A stretch of 64,000 nucleotides of DNA, taken from assembly GCF_036588685.1 (NCBI RefSeq), contig NC_086383.1, positions 54,994,001-55,058,000 on the forward strand, in the 5' to 3' direction. Made by a program: the position numbers and the translations under genes. Shown here piece by piece: positions 51,724 through 64,000 of this stretch (its first letter is position 1; every line of letters begins with the position of its first letter). The notes beneath the pieces are model-generated. The model had not been told where the DNA came from. It saw nothing but the letters and a program-made list of their open reading frames with translations, and searched no databases. This DNA is from Mytilus trossulus. Taxonomy: Eukaryota.

Positions 51724-51857
51724 CAGAGGCGGATTTAGAGGTTTTTCAGGGGGGCAGCCCCCTTTTTTGTGGGGAAAATGGTTGATTATATAGGGAATCA
51801 CTAAAGCATGACTGGAGCGGGCCCCCCTCTTTAGGAAAATTTCTGGATCCGCCACTG
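51724..51857. mobile_element. Short CAG-ended GGCGGATCC MITE (hAT-like), multi-copy
   Basis: cagaggcggatt...ggatccgccactg. Related copies at about 17488, 25170, 26891, 35596, 45431, 46859 and 52220. Confidence 0.7.
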
Positions 51858-52863
51858 TTTATTTTTACCATACTGTGATGATTGAGGTGTACATTTGTTC
51901 AAGTTATCTTATAAATAAAATGGAATTAGTGATTTGAAATTTAAAGATAATGGCATTACTATAAAAATGGAAGCCTTCACGGGTAACGTTTATAAATAAA
52001 TGCCTAACACAGACGAGATCAAGGATCATTGTGAAAATTGTTCAAAACTTTTTTGCATGTATTTCTTTATTGTTATAATTTCCTCCAATAAATACTATTC
52101 AAACTAAAAAAAAAAGGGAGGGGGGAATGGCAAACTCACCGGCAATTGGAGTGATACATATTTCAGTTCTATGCCTTTATGATATGCATGTATAAAGCAG
52201 CTCGATATGGGCTAATTTAGGTGGGATGGGGGTCCGCAGGATGCCCGGTCCCCCCTTTTGTTCGAAAAAATTGTTTGATTGTATAAGGAATCACTGAGAC
52301 ATGACTAGAGCGCCCCCTCCCTTTGAAAATTTCCTGATCCCCCACAGCTGACCCGATCCCCCTGGTCCCTCTTAACCGGACACTGTAACAAAATCCTGTC
52401 TTTTGTCGTATTTTTAGATACAAATATTATATATTTATCAGTTCACTGAGGTTCTCTTCAAGATCCCTTTGGTGACAGTGAAATTTTTTTTTCTAAGATG
52501 AACATCGTCGTAAACATGCATGCGATATTTGCCACTGGACGTTAAACGACCAGCAATCACTCAGATTATAACAAACAAACACATCTCGAGTAAACACCCC
52601 TCATATTTAAATGGATTAAACTCTAATTACCATTATATGTACTAGAAATAAGGCGATGGTAACATAAAATTGAGAATGGAAATGGGAAATGTGTCAAAGA
52701 GACAACAACCCGACCATAGAACAGACAACAGCAGAAGGTTACCAATAGGTCTTCAATGCAGCGATAAATTCCCGCACCCGCACGAATACAAATTATTAAA
52801 TTTGCTGTGCTAGAAAAAAAATTGTAAAATCTAGTGTATGACTTGAAAAAGATAGTTTGTTTA

Positions 52864-52962
52864 CAGTCTGATTAAAATCAAACCTCTCAGTGCTCCCGTT
52901 TTCTGATATACGCGACATTTCAGAAAACGAGAGCGCTAAGAGGTTGGATTTCAATCAGACTG
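52864..52962. mobile_element. Fold-back MITE with 9-bp TSD (MULE-like)
   Basis: gtttgttta|cagtctgattaaaatc...gatttcaatcagactg|gtttgttta. Confidence 0.8.
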
Positions 52963-53072
52963 GTTTGTTTAGATAACGGTTTCATGATTTAGAAAGGGGG
53001 TACATGTACGTCCTTTCCATGGACTTAATAGATTTAAAACGAAAGCATTTTTATTATCTTTCAGAAAGGAAA

Positions 53073-53738
53073 ATGACAAATCCGGGAGTCAATCATTTTG
53101 CAGTTCTTGGATTGAAACCTGGAACTTCGGAAGAAGAGATTAAAAGAACATACAAATCTCTTGCCAAAATTTTACACCCTGACAAAAATAATGACCCAAA
53201 GGCGGAAGAAAAGTTCAAAAACATAACTAATTCTTACGAGGTCCTGAAATCAAAAGATAGAAGGAACATGCATGAAAGGGAACTAAAAGAAATGGAAAAA
53301 TATCGTCGGGCAAAAAAGTACGAGAAAAAGCGAGATTACAAAGCAGAGCATGCGAGACGTGAACGAGATTATGACGTCAGAAAAAGAAACGACAAAAGAT
53401 ATGATTACTATGCACACTGCACGCCTGGATTTTCTTCGGGAGGATTTAAATCGTACGATGACGAATTCAGCGCTTTTTTCTCCGAAAAAGATTCATTTTC
53501 AATTAGACGAACAAATCCTGAAGACATTTGCATCGAGTTCATGCCATCTTTCACATATCGGAATATAGATGATATGGTGAAAAATTTAATAACGGACATT
53601 GTACCATCTGTAAACGAAAAACGTACTAGCCAACCAAGAATTCGAAACAGCGAAGAGAAAATCGGCCACTTTAAAGTTCCTAGCTCAGAATTTACCTCAT
53701 TCTATGGTAGAGGAGATCCCTTCCGAGATTTTGAGTAA
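53073..53738 (+). CDS. DnaJ/Hsp40-family J-domain protein, about 221 aa, single coding exon
   Basis: N-terminal J-domain VLGL...EIKRTYKSLAKILHPDKN....AEEKFK.I..SYEVL with an intact HPD. The ATG follows an acceptor (tttcag, ending 53064); no C-terminal substrate-binding domain is evident. Confidence 0.88.
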   Translation: MTNPGVNHFAVLGLKPGTSEEEIKRTYKSLAKILHPDKNNDPKAEEKFKNITNSYEVLKSKDRRNMHERELKEMEKYRRAKKYEKKRDYKAEHARRERDYDVRKRNDKRYDYYAHCTPGFSSGGFKSYDDEFSAFFSEKDSFSIRRTNPEDICIEFMPSFTYRNIDDMVKNLITDIVPSVNEKRTSQPRIRNSEEKIGHFKVPSSEFTSFYGRGDPFRDFE

Positions 53739-54393
53739 AATGACAGTTTTAATTGAGTTCCAATTAATAAACTGCATGTGAAACCAATTTTTGTTTTCTT
53801 AACCAACACAAAAGTTCCATTTATATATATATATATATATGATTTCAAGTACTACATGTATATATCATATCGTATGCTCTTTATATATGTTGAAATCTAT
53901 TTATTGTAATAAAGAATTTACATCTTCAACTCTATCTTATTTATCAATTATATATCGAGATTATCTCAAAATCTGTATCAAACCATTTAAAAAACCTGAT
54001 TTGCAGAATAACAAATTTATCAGAAGGTCACCAATAGGTCTTCAATGCAGCGAGAAACTCCCTCACCTTCAGCTGGCCCCTTAACAGATATCTATACTAG
54101 TACAGTTATAATGGCCGCCATACTAAACTCCGAATTATACACAAGAAACTAGTGCACACTTTGTTTCATGATGGGCCAGCCGAAGCCCACCTTCGTGTGT
54201 AGGATTTCTCGCTGTGTTGAAGGCCCATTGGTGGTCTTCGACTGTTTTCTGCTCTTTAGTCGGGTTGTTGTCTCTTTGACACATTCCCCACTTTCATTCT
54301 CAATTTTACTGAGTAAAAAATGTTAAACAATTCAAACGATACATACAATATTTTATCAAAAAAACATTGAAAAAGCTTAAAGTTAAATCAGGT

Positions 54394-57300
54394 TCACGAG
54401 AAAAGGTCAATTTCGTCTTCTTGTTCAGTGTTAGCTTCGATGTATTGTAAAATATCGTTAGTTTCCAAAGACTGTAACTCACGTGACTTTTGTCCATTAC
54501 TATCAGTCTTAACTGATATTTTATTGTCTGTCACGATTGATGGTTTACTTGGTTTCTTAGGAATCGGGGGCCTAGAAGGGGTGGTAGTTTTTGATATTGA
54601 ATCAACTTCGTTTGGGGAATTATTAGATTCCTTTCGAACATCTGATTCAGATACACTAATTATATTCGTTTCCGGTTTCGTTGTTGTCGATACTGGTTTG
54701 GTGGGCAATGCAGGTTTAACGCTTAGTCCTGGTTTAGGTGAAATTGAAGGTTTCGGTGAAGTTGTTGGCTTTTGTTTTTGTGTTGGTTTTAGATTGGTTT
54801 TATTACTGTCGTCTATGTCTTTCTTTTGTTCTTCTACATTTAGAAATCTATTTAAATCATCCTCGATTCTACAAATAAAGAAAAGCACAATAACACAATG
54901 TGTGGTTCTAGTTGGGGTTATTAAGGATAATAATAGGTCAATACTGCAGTGAACCGAAAAACTTAAGATCAGAGAAAAATGCCATATACTAGTAATCAAG
55001 AAAGTAGAAAAATGGGGTCATGAAATATGTAAAACTAGAAAAAAAATAGGGTTTCAAAATATAATTATTTGAGAATAATGGTAAAATAACAGAGAAGGGA
55101 AACATCACCAAAAGTGTTTAAGAATACTTAAATGAAGGTCCTCTCATTCAGACCATCTTATAACGTTAAATAATAAAAATAGTCAATAAAATTCAGTTTA
55201 AAAAAAATGCAAAACTTATTCTAATTTTTATAATTACAAGCACACAATTGAATACGCAACATAACTTACAATCGTAGGTTCGTCACAGTACAGTCATAGT
55301 ATAGTATAGAAACCCTGTTGTTAACAAGGATGTTAAGACAAATTGTATTGTATACATGTATAAAAACAAGACAATTAAAATTTTCCTAGTAGAAAGTAAA
55401 TTCAAAAAGTGGGGAAAAATCAAACTCACTGTAGAAGATCAGAATTGTCCTCGACTGGTACACGTATAGTTTTTGTTATTATGGCGGGAATATTAGAACC
55501 AGGAACAAATAAATCACTTTCCTCTCCATCCTCTATACTACCTCTCAGGTCGGGATTGTCAAATATTTTGGTGTCCTCTAAAAGGAAAAACAAAATAATT
55601 AAGTAAAGTCTTTACCCTGCAAATATTGCAGTCTTTAGGGGCGGATTTATGATTATTGAAAAGAGGGCGTTTATCTGAAAACTGTATACTTTTGAGCTTT
55701 TCGAAACGAACATTTTTCTTTTATTGTAAGTCATTATATTTGCTAAATTAAGGTAAGCAGCAATACATTTCTGAATCTGTTGTTTGCGTGGCATTCATTC
55801 ATATGTGATTAACCCCAGATAAAGCCAACGAGATAAGACATTAATCAACTAACAAAAGCTAAATGTTATATATAGCGCCTATTTGGAACAATGGTCTAGG
55901 TTATTGAATCAGGAGTTCATATCACACTGCGGAAAGAAGAAAACAATAATGCTTACGCAAAACATTATTAGGATAAAAAAAAAATGTAAAAAAGAATCAT
56001 ATGATAATTCCTGACATATATATTTATAATATGTATTGTTTAAAACTTATATTGTTTACGTACCTTGGAAGAATGTGTTTGTTGACGTATCTTCTGGGAA
56101 CATGTCTGTTGCGAATAAATCTGATTCATCGTCATCATCTATACCGTCACCAAACATGTCACTGTAAAGACAAATGTAAAATATACCATCACCAAACATG
56201 TCACTGTAAAGACAAATATAAAATATACCGTCACCGAACATGTCACTGCAAAGACAAATGTAAAATATACCGTCACCGAACATGTCACTGTAAAGACAAA
56301 TGGAAAATATACCGTCACCAAATATGTCACTGTAAAGACAAATGTAAAATATACCGTCACCGAACATGTCACTGTAAAGACAAATAAACACATATAACAT
56401 ATGCCGACACAAAACATGTCACTGTAAAGACAAATGTAAAATATACCGTCACCGAACATTAAAAACATATAACATATACAGCCACCGAACATGTCACTGT
56501 AAAAACAAATTAAACACATATATAAAAAAACTGTCACCGAACATGTCCATGTAAAAACAAAGTAAACACATAAATAGCATAAACCGTCACCACAAATTAA
56601 ACACATATATAACATATACCGTCACCAAACATGTCACTGTAAAGACAAAATAAACACATATCTAACATATACCATCACCGAACATTTCACTGTAAAGACA
56701 AAATAAACACATATCTAACATATACCATCACCGAACATTTCACTGTAAAGACAAAATAAACACATATCTAACATATACCATCACCGAACATTTCACTGTA
56801 AAGACAAAATAAACACATATCTAACATATACCATCACCGCAAATGTCACTGTAGAGACAAAATAAACACATATCTAACATATATAATACCATCACCAAAC
56901 ATGTCACTGTAAAGACACATTAAACACATATATAATATATGCCGTCACTGAACACGTCATGTCACTGTAAAGACAGAGTAAATTAAGAAAAACATGAGAC
57001 CTTTAAGGCTTGCTGTTCGGTCTGAGCCAAGGTTCCGTGTTGAAGACAGTACCTTGACCTATAATGGTTTACTTGACATGTCTCATTGGCACTTATACCA
57101 CATCTTCTTATATCTACTAACAAATAGTGTATTGAATTTGAAGTAAACCTTCTTCAACTGACAAATAGTAGTTTGTAGTACGAACAGTCTTAAAAAATTC
57201 GTTTGAAAGTCAAAGCGAAGAGAGCAACCCAACAATACGAAAAACACAGTAACACTTGATAACAAGTCAAGCGTTTTATAGTGAGGTCTAAATTGGACCG

Positions 57301-60068
57301 ATTCATTGAAAAATCTACTTCAATTTTCTTCCCTCTTTTCAGTCAGTAGTGCACATGCAGACTTACCTCGCCTGTTCTTGTTCTCCGTCGTCTTTGTCAT
57401 CTTCTTTATCAACTGCGTCTGTTGTCTCTTTATCATCCGTTTCGTCAACTTCCGTTCGGAACTTTCCTGCTTTTATTGCATTTACACCTACAATTAAAAT
57501 AAGTGCAGTTACTACAAATAAGAGTCTGCTTTATAAGAGGGGGAGGACAGGGAGAAAGGGGGTAGGAGAAAGGAGAAAAAGTTTGAGAAAAAAATAAAAT
57601 ATGAAAAAATAAAATATCTCTTTTTTCCGGTAAATTAAAAAAAATAAAATAAGGAGAAGATGGGTAGGAGAAAGGAGAAGAGAGGTGGGAGAAGGGAGAA
57701 GGGTATCCCTGTCCTCCCCCTCTTATAAGTGTCTCACAGGAATACTAATAATTATTTGATCGATTCCTTTAAACTATAAGGACAGACACACAAACAAAGG
57801 CACACATCATGTAAACCTAGTAACTGCGGTGTTTGCTAAAAAATTTGTAGATGAATCTAAACTTGCGTGGCAATATGATACTAGCTTACAAATGGCCAAT
57901 TTTGTTATACACAGCTGTATAATTAGCTAAATTGATTGAAACTAGTCAAGAAAATCGTTCATTCTTAATATCTGCTATATATACATATATATATTTACGA
58001 AAGATACCAGATGAAAATTCAAAAAGTCGAAGAAAACAGACGATGCAACACAAAAAAACGGAGAAAAAAAAACGAAAAGACCACAATAGAATACTATATC
58101 AGGTAGATAAAAAAAAAACATAAAAACTGAGCAACATGAACACCACTAGAGAAAAAAGAGCAGGATTTTTTTTTCCTTTTTAAGGGGATAGCCAAGACCT
58201 AATTAATGTTTTTGTAAAATTCAAGTTATTTGACAAAACTCAAAATCTAGATCATCAAACAAATTGTACTTACCTAAAAACTCAAGAAAGACAGAACAAT
58301 TGACTAATTTGTTTGTGACAGCAATGAACTGTAAAAACTTCTCCAATGTTAACTTCTTCTCTTTTACAGCATTCTCAGATGTTATTAATGTTTTCTTTGG
58401 CAACGAGGGCAGAATTGTGGCAGGAAATTTTTCTGTTAACTTTGCATGTAATGTTTCAAAGTCTGCTTGTCTCTTTTGCACCTATTGAATTAATAGTACA
58501 TTTATAATGTAGAAATTCAACAAAGATTAAGAGATCATGAGATCCAAGTTTAGTGTTATAACTAAAATTATTTAAATATGTGTGCATATTACCTAGATTA
58601 ATGGGTTAAACACATTTCATCTAGTAATTAAAAAAACAAAGGATATTATATATAATTACAGCAAGACATTCGGCTTTTAAAAAATACAGTCTTTTTATAT
58701 AAACATTAAGTGTTGGGAACTTTAATGACCTTATCACACATTTCTGATAGTTTTCCCAACCTATTTACATATTTTCAATCGGGAAAATGTTACCCCCTTT
58801 TTTGTTCCCCCATGAGGTTAATATACTTACCATAAACTGTACAACATCATTGTCTTTATGCTTTGGTGATTTAAAATATTGCAGATTAGATACAACTACT
58901 ACATAGAACTCCCATGATGAGTGTAGTAACCCCTTTATTTCTTTATAGACAGGTATACTTATATCTATCCCGCTGTCCTTATTCTTTAGGTCCCTGAAAT
59001 CAATGTAAAAATGAAAAATATGACGAATTGGTATAATTACCGGTATCGATGCAACAGTTTTATCGGGTTTTTTTTATACATTTTTTACTTTTGATATAAA
59101 CAAAAACAACTTTGGGTTTGTTTACTTCTGTATCCACAAATTAAAGTCGTGGAAAAACTACTATAAAGTTCACTTTCCGTTCTAAAATTGAATCGATCTA
59201 GGATATACATAGTCCGAGATTACTCTGCCGTCCAACGGCTGTTTTGTCAGACAGGCTGGGGCCCACCCACGGCTCCAGCTTGTCTGGCAAAACAGCCGTT
59301 GGACGTCAGACTAATCTCGGACTAGGATATACAATCTACAAACTATCATATTCCATATGAAATTTGATCATTTTTTTTACATGGGAAGTTGTAAATAGTA
59401 TAATTTTTTTTATTCAACATTTTATAGACAAAACACTAGATTTTCTTCAATAATAACAGTTTACTATACTTTATTTATTTGGGTTTGTCTGGTGTTTTTT
59501 TTTTATTGCCTGTGTTTTTTTTATTTATTCATTTCTCAGTATCTAAAACATATAGACAGATGTTAAGTTTGGAAAAATATATATATGAAAAAAGCCTCTA
59601 GCTTTTCAGAAGAGACAATCTTAAGCTTTTAAAAATTTTAAAAGTGGTACATGTTGAAAAAATATATTATATACAAAAGTTCAAATTACAAAATAAATGT
59701 ACCTTGATTGTTGACTTTAAATGCATTTGTTTACTTATTTAGAGATTTATTGACGAACAAGTACAGTCATGCATGATCATTTGAATGTTCAGTACATAAT
59801 TATTTGTCAATTAGTTAATGTCTTCATGACTACGGTTCCCTCAAAAAGTTTTATTTTTTGGTATTTGATTGCAACAAATGTCAAAAAGTCAATGGATTTT
59901 AAAATAGCAAGATATATAGGGCCATACGTTTTTTTTTTATAAACTGAATATTTATTTACCTTGATAATAAATCAGACGCCTACCTTTTAGTGGATTAAAA
60001 TTCGAATCATTTTTTAAATAAACAGTTTAACTTTACATGTACCTGACTGTCACAATTGCAGATGGCAT
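54394..60068 (-). CDS. HS1BP3: HCLS1-binding protein 3 (PX domain), about 412 aa
   Basis: Exons 60068-60043, 58993-58831, 58481-58274, 57487-57367, 56161-56064, 55577-55430 and 54868-54394 join in frame (1239 nt). Motifs FKSPKHK..DVVQF, LPSLPKK and LEFLG, an acidic DLF region, a Pro-rich region and C-terminal DILQYI...LF match HS1BP3 as I recall it. Confidence 0.92.
56140..56976 (-). repeat. 42-bp and 51-53-bp tandem array of acceptor + first 22 nt of HS1BP3 exon 5
   Basis: About 16 copies of (- strand) TTTGTCTTTACAG|TGACATGTTYGGTGACGGTAT. The six copies nearest the exon have an exact 42-nt period. Confidence 0.93.
57537..57722. mobile_element. MITE with GAG termini and 6-bp TSD in HS1BP3 intron
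   Basis: ttataa|gagggggaggacaggga...tccctgtcctccccc(c)tc|ttataa. Confidence 0.8.
59210..59324. mobile_element. Fold-back MITE with 9-bp TSD (MULE-like) in HS1BP3 intron 1
   Basis: ggatataca|tagtccgagatta...taatctcggacta|ggatataca; almost fully palindromic. Confidence 0.85.
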
Positions 60069-63000
60069 CTTCTTTTTACTTCATATCGAAAGTAAGATTA
60101 AGATACGCCCACTTTTTGTTTATTATTTATCTGTGCGTACTTTATCGAATACGGACCTCTTACGAATGGTATCCGATTCGGGGTGCGAGGGTACTTGTGC
60201 TTTAAATCAGTCTGAAAGAATTTGAAGTTGCTACCACTTCTAATTTAAAAACCAACTTATTTTACTCACTGGTTTGTAAGACCTTAAGCATGTATTTCAT
60301 CGGTCAGTCTTATATTTCCCTGTCATGAGGTCAATATTTCTATGCATACTTCAACTTTGGTTTTTTTCGCGTTGTGTCCGTAGGATATATATGTTGACCG
60401 TGTTGACCGATAATGGCATTCTTTGCATCAGACCGCCTATTCAAATCCCTCTAAAATAATGGGGAGGGGTATATTACTGGATTGATTGGGTTGATTGTTG
60501 TTGGTCACAGTGTTGTTATGTTCACGAGTACGTCCAGTGGCAAATATTTCAAACAATATCAAGACGACTGAGGTTAGGGGATGAAGGACGAGAAATATAG
60601 ACTGGCATTTCAAAATTAAGAACAACACCACGCCCTTTTTCTAAGAAGTTTTTGCAGTCTATGCTTATTTCAAATGACAAAAAAATATATTTTCAATGAG
60701 AACTAAGTAATATAATTTAATTATTTTTACTAGATGAGATGATGTGGTATGATTGCCTAAGAGACAACTATCCATGAAAGTTTAAATGATTTAAAAGTAG
60801 TAAAATATTTGTTCCTAAAACGCTTTCGTTTTATATTCGCTTCATTTTAACATATTCGTGCGATTTTCCAAATATCATAAACTAAGTGGTTGTATGACTG
60901 TCAATGAGAGAACTTATCGCAAGATACCGAATGACATATAGATGTAAGTAACTTACACCGTACGACTTTCATAACAGGAGTGAGGTGTTTTGGCCCCTTT
61001 CCTCGGATTTGAAATCGTTTGCAGATATTTGAATTTATAATTTGTAAAGAGTCGATGTAGATTATGTCTATTTGTGGATTGACGAAAAATTGCATTTACG
61101 TGGATATTTTATTTCGTTGTAATGCCATTCTTTGCATACGACGCCTAAAGCAAATGTGAAGTCCGTTGAACGTTTGAATCTTGGTTCAGCTGTACCCAAG
61201 AAAACCTCGAAATTGGTATCCAACGAATAATAATGAATCCACAGTATTGAGCTCTACAGTCGAAGACATTGGTTTCTTGTCTCGTCGATGTTTAAACCAC
61301 TTTTTCTTTATCCATAACACATATTAAAATAAGGAGATATACAAAAATTGTTCATAAGAAATGGATATGAGCAATAATATGCAATCATAAAACCCGCAAC
61401 AATGAGACAAACCCATGCCGGAAACATGTAGTTGCTAAATGCATCCGGACTAACCTAAATATGTATATACAGCTTCCGAAATACAGATGAGATCAAAACT
61501 AATTTTTCAACCTCATACATTATGTTTGAAACTTGAAACTCAATCAAGAAATTTGAAACAATCACACACTTATGTACTGGTTTAATCTGATTGAACAAGT
61601 GAAAAGAAAATGAATGCATTGATGTGCAGCGAATCATTGAAATTCGTTAGCGACACAAAAGTTTAACTATTTTATTAAATCAACAACACATTTATTTGAG
61701 GACAATAACCATATTAAAAATGAAGACGTCAGGTAATTAATATAAAAATAAATTAATCAAATAATGTTGGAGTCATAGACTATGATCATGAAGTTGTATG
61801 TATTATAAGTTTTTCTTTTTTGTATTTTCCAAAATTTTAAATTATATGTAATGTTTATCAAATGATAAACCCGTTTAAAAATTGCGTTGGAAAAAAAACG
61901 ACCTGTATGTAAAAAAAACGCCGAACGGATACAAAAAAGTTTTCCTTTGACAAAATGTTTATCTGTTGGTGTACTGACCAAATAAAACGGACGCGTAACG
62001 AATGGCTAACGGACATACACAGGATATGCAACGTATAAATCAACGAGGCTATGGAATTGTGGTTTTATTCTTTAAAACCCATGATTACACGCACAACCAT
62101 TACAAGCCATTTTTAAAGCTTCTCATAGATTTAACATAACCAAACTAAAACATTTTAACATAAATCAAATTTTAAAATGCTAAGAGCAGAAGCATGAACA
62201 TTTACAATAATTAAACTACTGTAACAGATAGCATACAAACCATAAAACATTAGACAGATTTTAGTCATACAATTCAATTAACATTTTCGTTTTAACAACA
62301 ACATTATTTGTAGAAGAGTAACATGAAGTCTATTAAATACTTATAGTTTCCACATTTCAGAATACAGTAGGATTATTGTTCTAGCACAACCAAAGCCTTT
62401 ACATAATGATTTCCGAGATCAGAGGTATATTATAACTTATTATGTTAAGATATGTTCAATATATATGAGAATTTCACGTTTGATATTGCATGCATTTACA
62501 TTGTATGCATAACTGGCACTACTCTTGGATCTGTACAAGCAATGCAATCTTCAGAGCTAAAGGAAAAGCGGACCATTATCCAAACTTGTGTTTGAAGCAT
62601 TGCACGTTGGATGTTTTTCGTGTTTTCACATGTAAATTTTTTGTTTTTTGTTTTAATCCTATTATGCAAACAATAGGATTGATAAATAATTCTAGCGTAT
62701 TATTAAATGTATAACAACAGACAACACGGGAAAACATAACTGGCTTAGGACAGGCACTTGTTACAATCGGAACTACTCGGCCTTTCTTGTTGCACGAAGA
62801 AATGGTACTGCATAGAGAGAATGGCCGAGTATAGTTACTATTGGCACTTGTTGCAAGTTATCATTGTAGAAATGTACTTTTTAATCATGTGACCATGATC
62901 ACACCATTTAATCAGAAGCGTTAAAGAAGATTAATTATATAGTAATTCATTCTGGTGTATTAAATATGAAACGTACTAATCTAGACAAAGTGAAACCGCT

Positions 63001-64000
63001 ATTCCATACAGTACTAGTTTAAAGTACTCTAAATATACAGTTTTAGATTTTGAATTATTTCCCTTTAATTGATATAGTTTCGCAAATGGACATAATAAAT
63101 GATTATGTTTTCATATCACATCATAATAAAAACTGAACATTTACTCATACATGTTGATGCATAGTAGCTATTGAAATAAACTAAAGCTATATCTAAACTG
63201 TTTAAAAGTTTTATGTCGGCTGTAAGTGTACAATTAAATTGAAACACCCTTGGTTTGTCTGTTCCATACAAAAATGTAAGCGACCAAACTGGCTTTTTCC
63301 TTTGAACATTTAGCCCATCGACTGTATAACCGTTTTTGTTTTTGTTGTTTAGTTTATTTTAGCGGTATATTTTTTTTGTAATGTGTTATGCATTTGTATC
63401 TTTATTTGTATGTGTTGTTGTTATATGTCACAAGCTGTAAAGTTTATATAGCAATACACTTTAAATTGAATTGAAAATATAAATATTCAGCCACGTCCAC
63501 TCGACTCGGAAGAGGGTTGCGTCGTTTTAGTATATATATTTTTTTGATAATAGGTTTTTATTACGTGAGGCAAAACGTCTTACCTAAACTAGCAAGGTAT
63601 ATCAATATGAAAAAAATGCGGGTATCGACGGATAATATATTACAAAAGTCATTTAGAGTTTCCATAGTCAAATGAATGAATTTCGAACAAAAGTAATAAC
63701 ATAAGAATAATAAACAGCTTACAATTCTGATTTAAATTGCTTTTATGAAATTTCGTTTATTTTTTATTTTTTTGTAGACGATCTGTTTACTGGATAGACA
63801 GGACACCATTTGCACCAGGTCCGAACGGCACAACTCAGATATGTATGTGTTATATATATATATAGCTGATCGTTGGTGATTTCCCCTTCGTTTGTACTTG
63901 CACGAGCAACACGACGGGCGCCAAATTTGAAGCAGGATCTTCTTACCTTTCGTGAGCACAGAGCACCTTAGATCTGACACCATTGTTTTGGTCGTGTTGC

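Noticed and set aside
54428-54952. 174-aa plus-strand ORF
   Set aside because: Antisense to the last HS1BP3 exon.
59703-59726. Alternative HS1BP3 first exon (MHLKSTIK|GTAC)
   Set aside because: It ends in phase 0 whereas exon 2 needs phase 2; 60043-60068 fits both phase and homology.
63778-64000. Acceptor-like site followed by GC-richer sequence at the window end
   Set aside because: No convincing frame or domain, and it is truncated by the window edge.

Overview
AT-rich, repeat-dense metazoan genomic DNA with spliceosomal introns. The gene content and dispersed repeats suggest a bivalve, probably a Mytilus-like mussel (inference). No prokaryotic features, CRISPR arrays, tRNA or rRNA genes were seen. 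Genes that could be assembled by hand, left to right: (1) a + strand gene ending in a large exon (13024-14126) with a Cys-rich segment and 21 tandem 14-aa Tyr/Lys/Arg-rich repeats, resembling a mussel foot (byssal) protein; it is fed by 12-nt micro-exons and probably by lesioned Cys-rich exons back to about 2.5 kb; (2) a - strand 4-exon secreted protein made of six truncated 8-Cys VWC-like repeats (17249-22004); (3) TTC32 (+, 24404-28809); (4) a class A GPCR with an intronless CDS (-, 29993-31087); (5) ENDOU with a signal peptide and two somatomedin-B domains (+, 38908-48778); (6) a J-domain protein (+, 53073-53738); (7) HS1BP3 (-, 54394-60068). Introns and spacers hold several minisatellites and many non-autonomous transposons (Kolobok-like, MULE-like, hAT-like, CACTA-like, Helentron-like and an unclassified GAG-ended group with 6-bp target duplications). 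The most notable signals are the candidate adhesive protein next to a Cys-rich secreted protein, and three separate tandem amplifications of a 3' splice acceptor plus exon start (two in ENDOU, one in HS1BP3).
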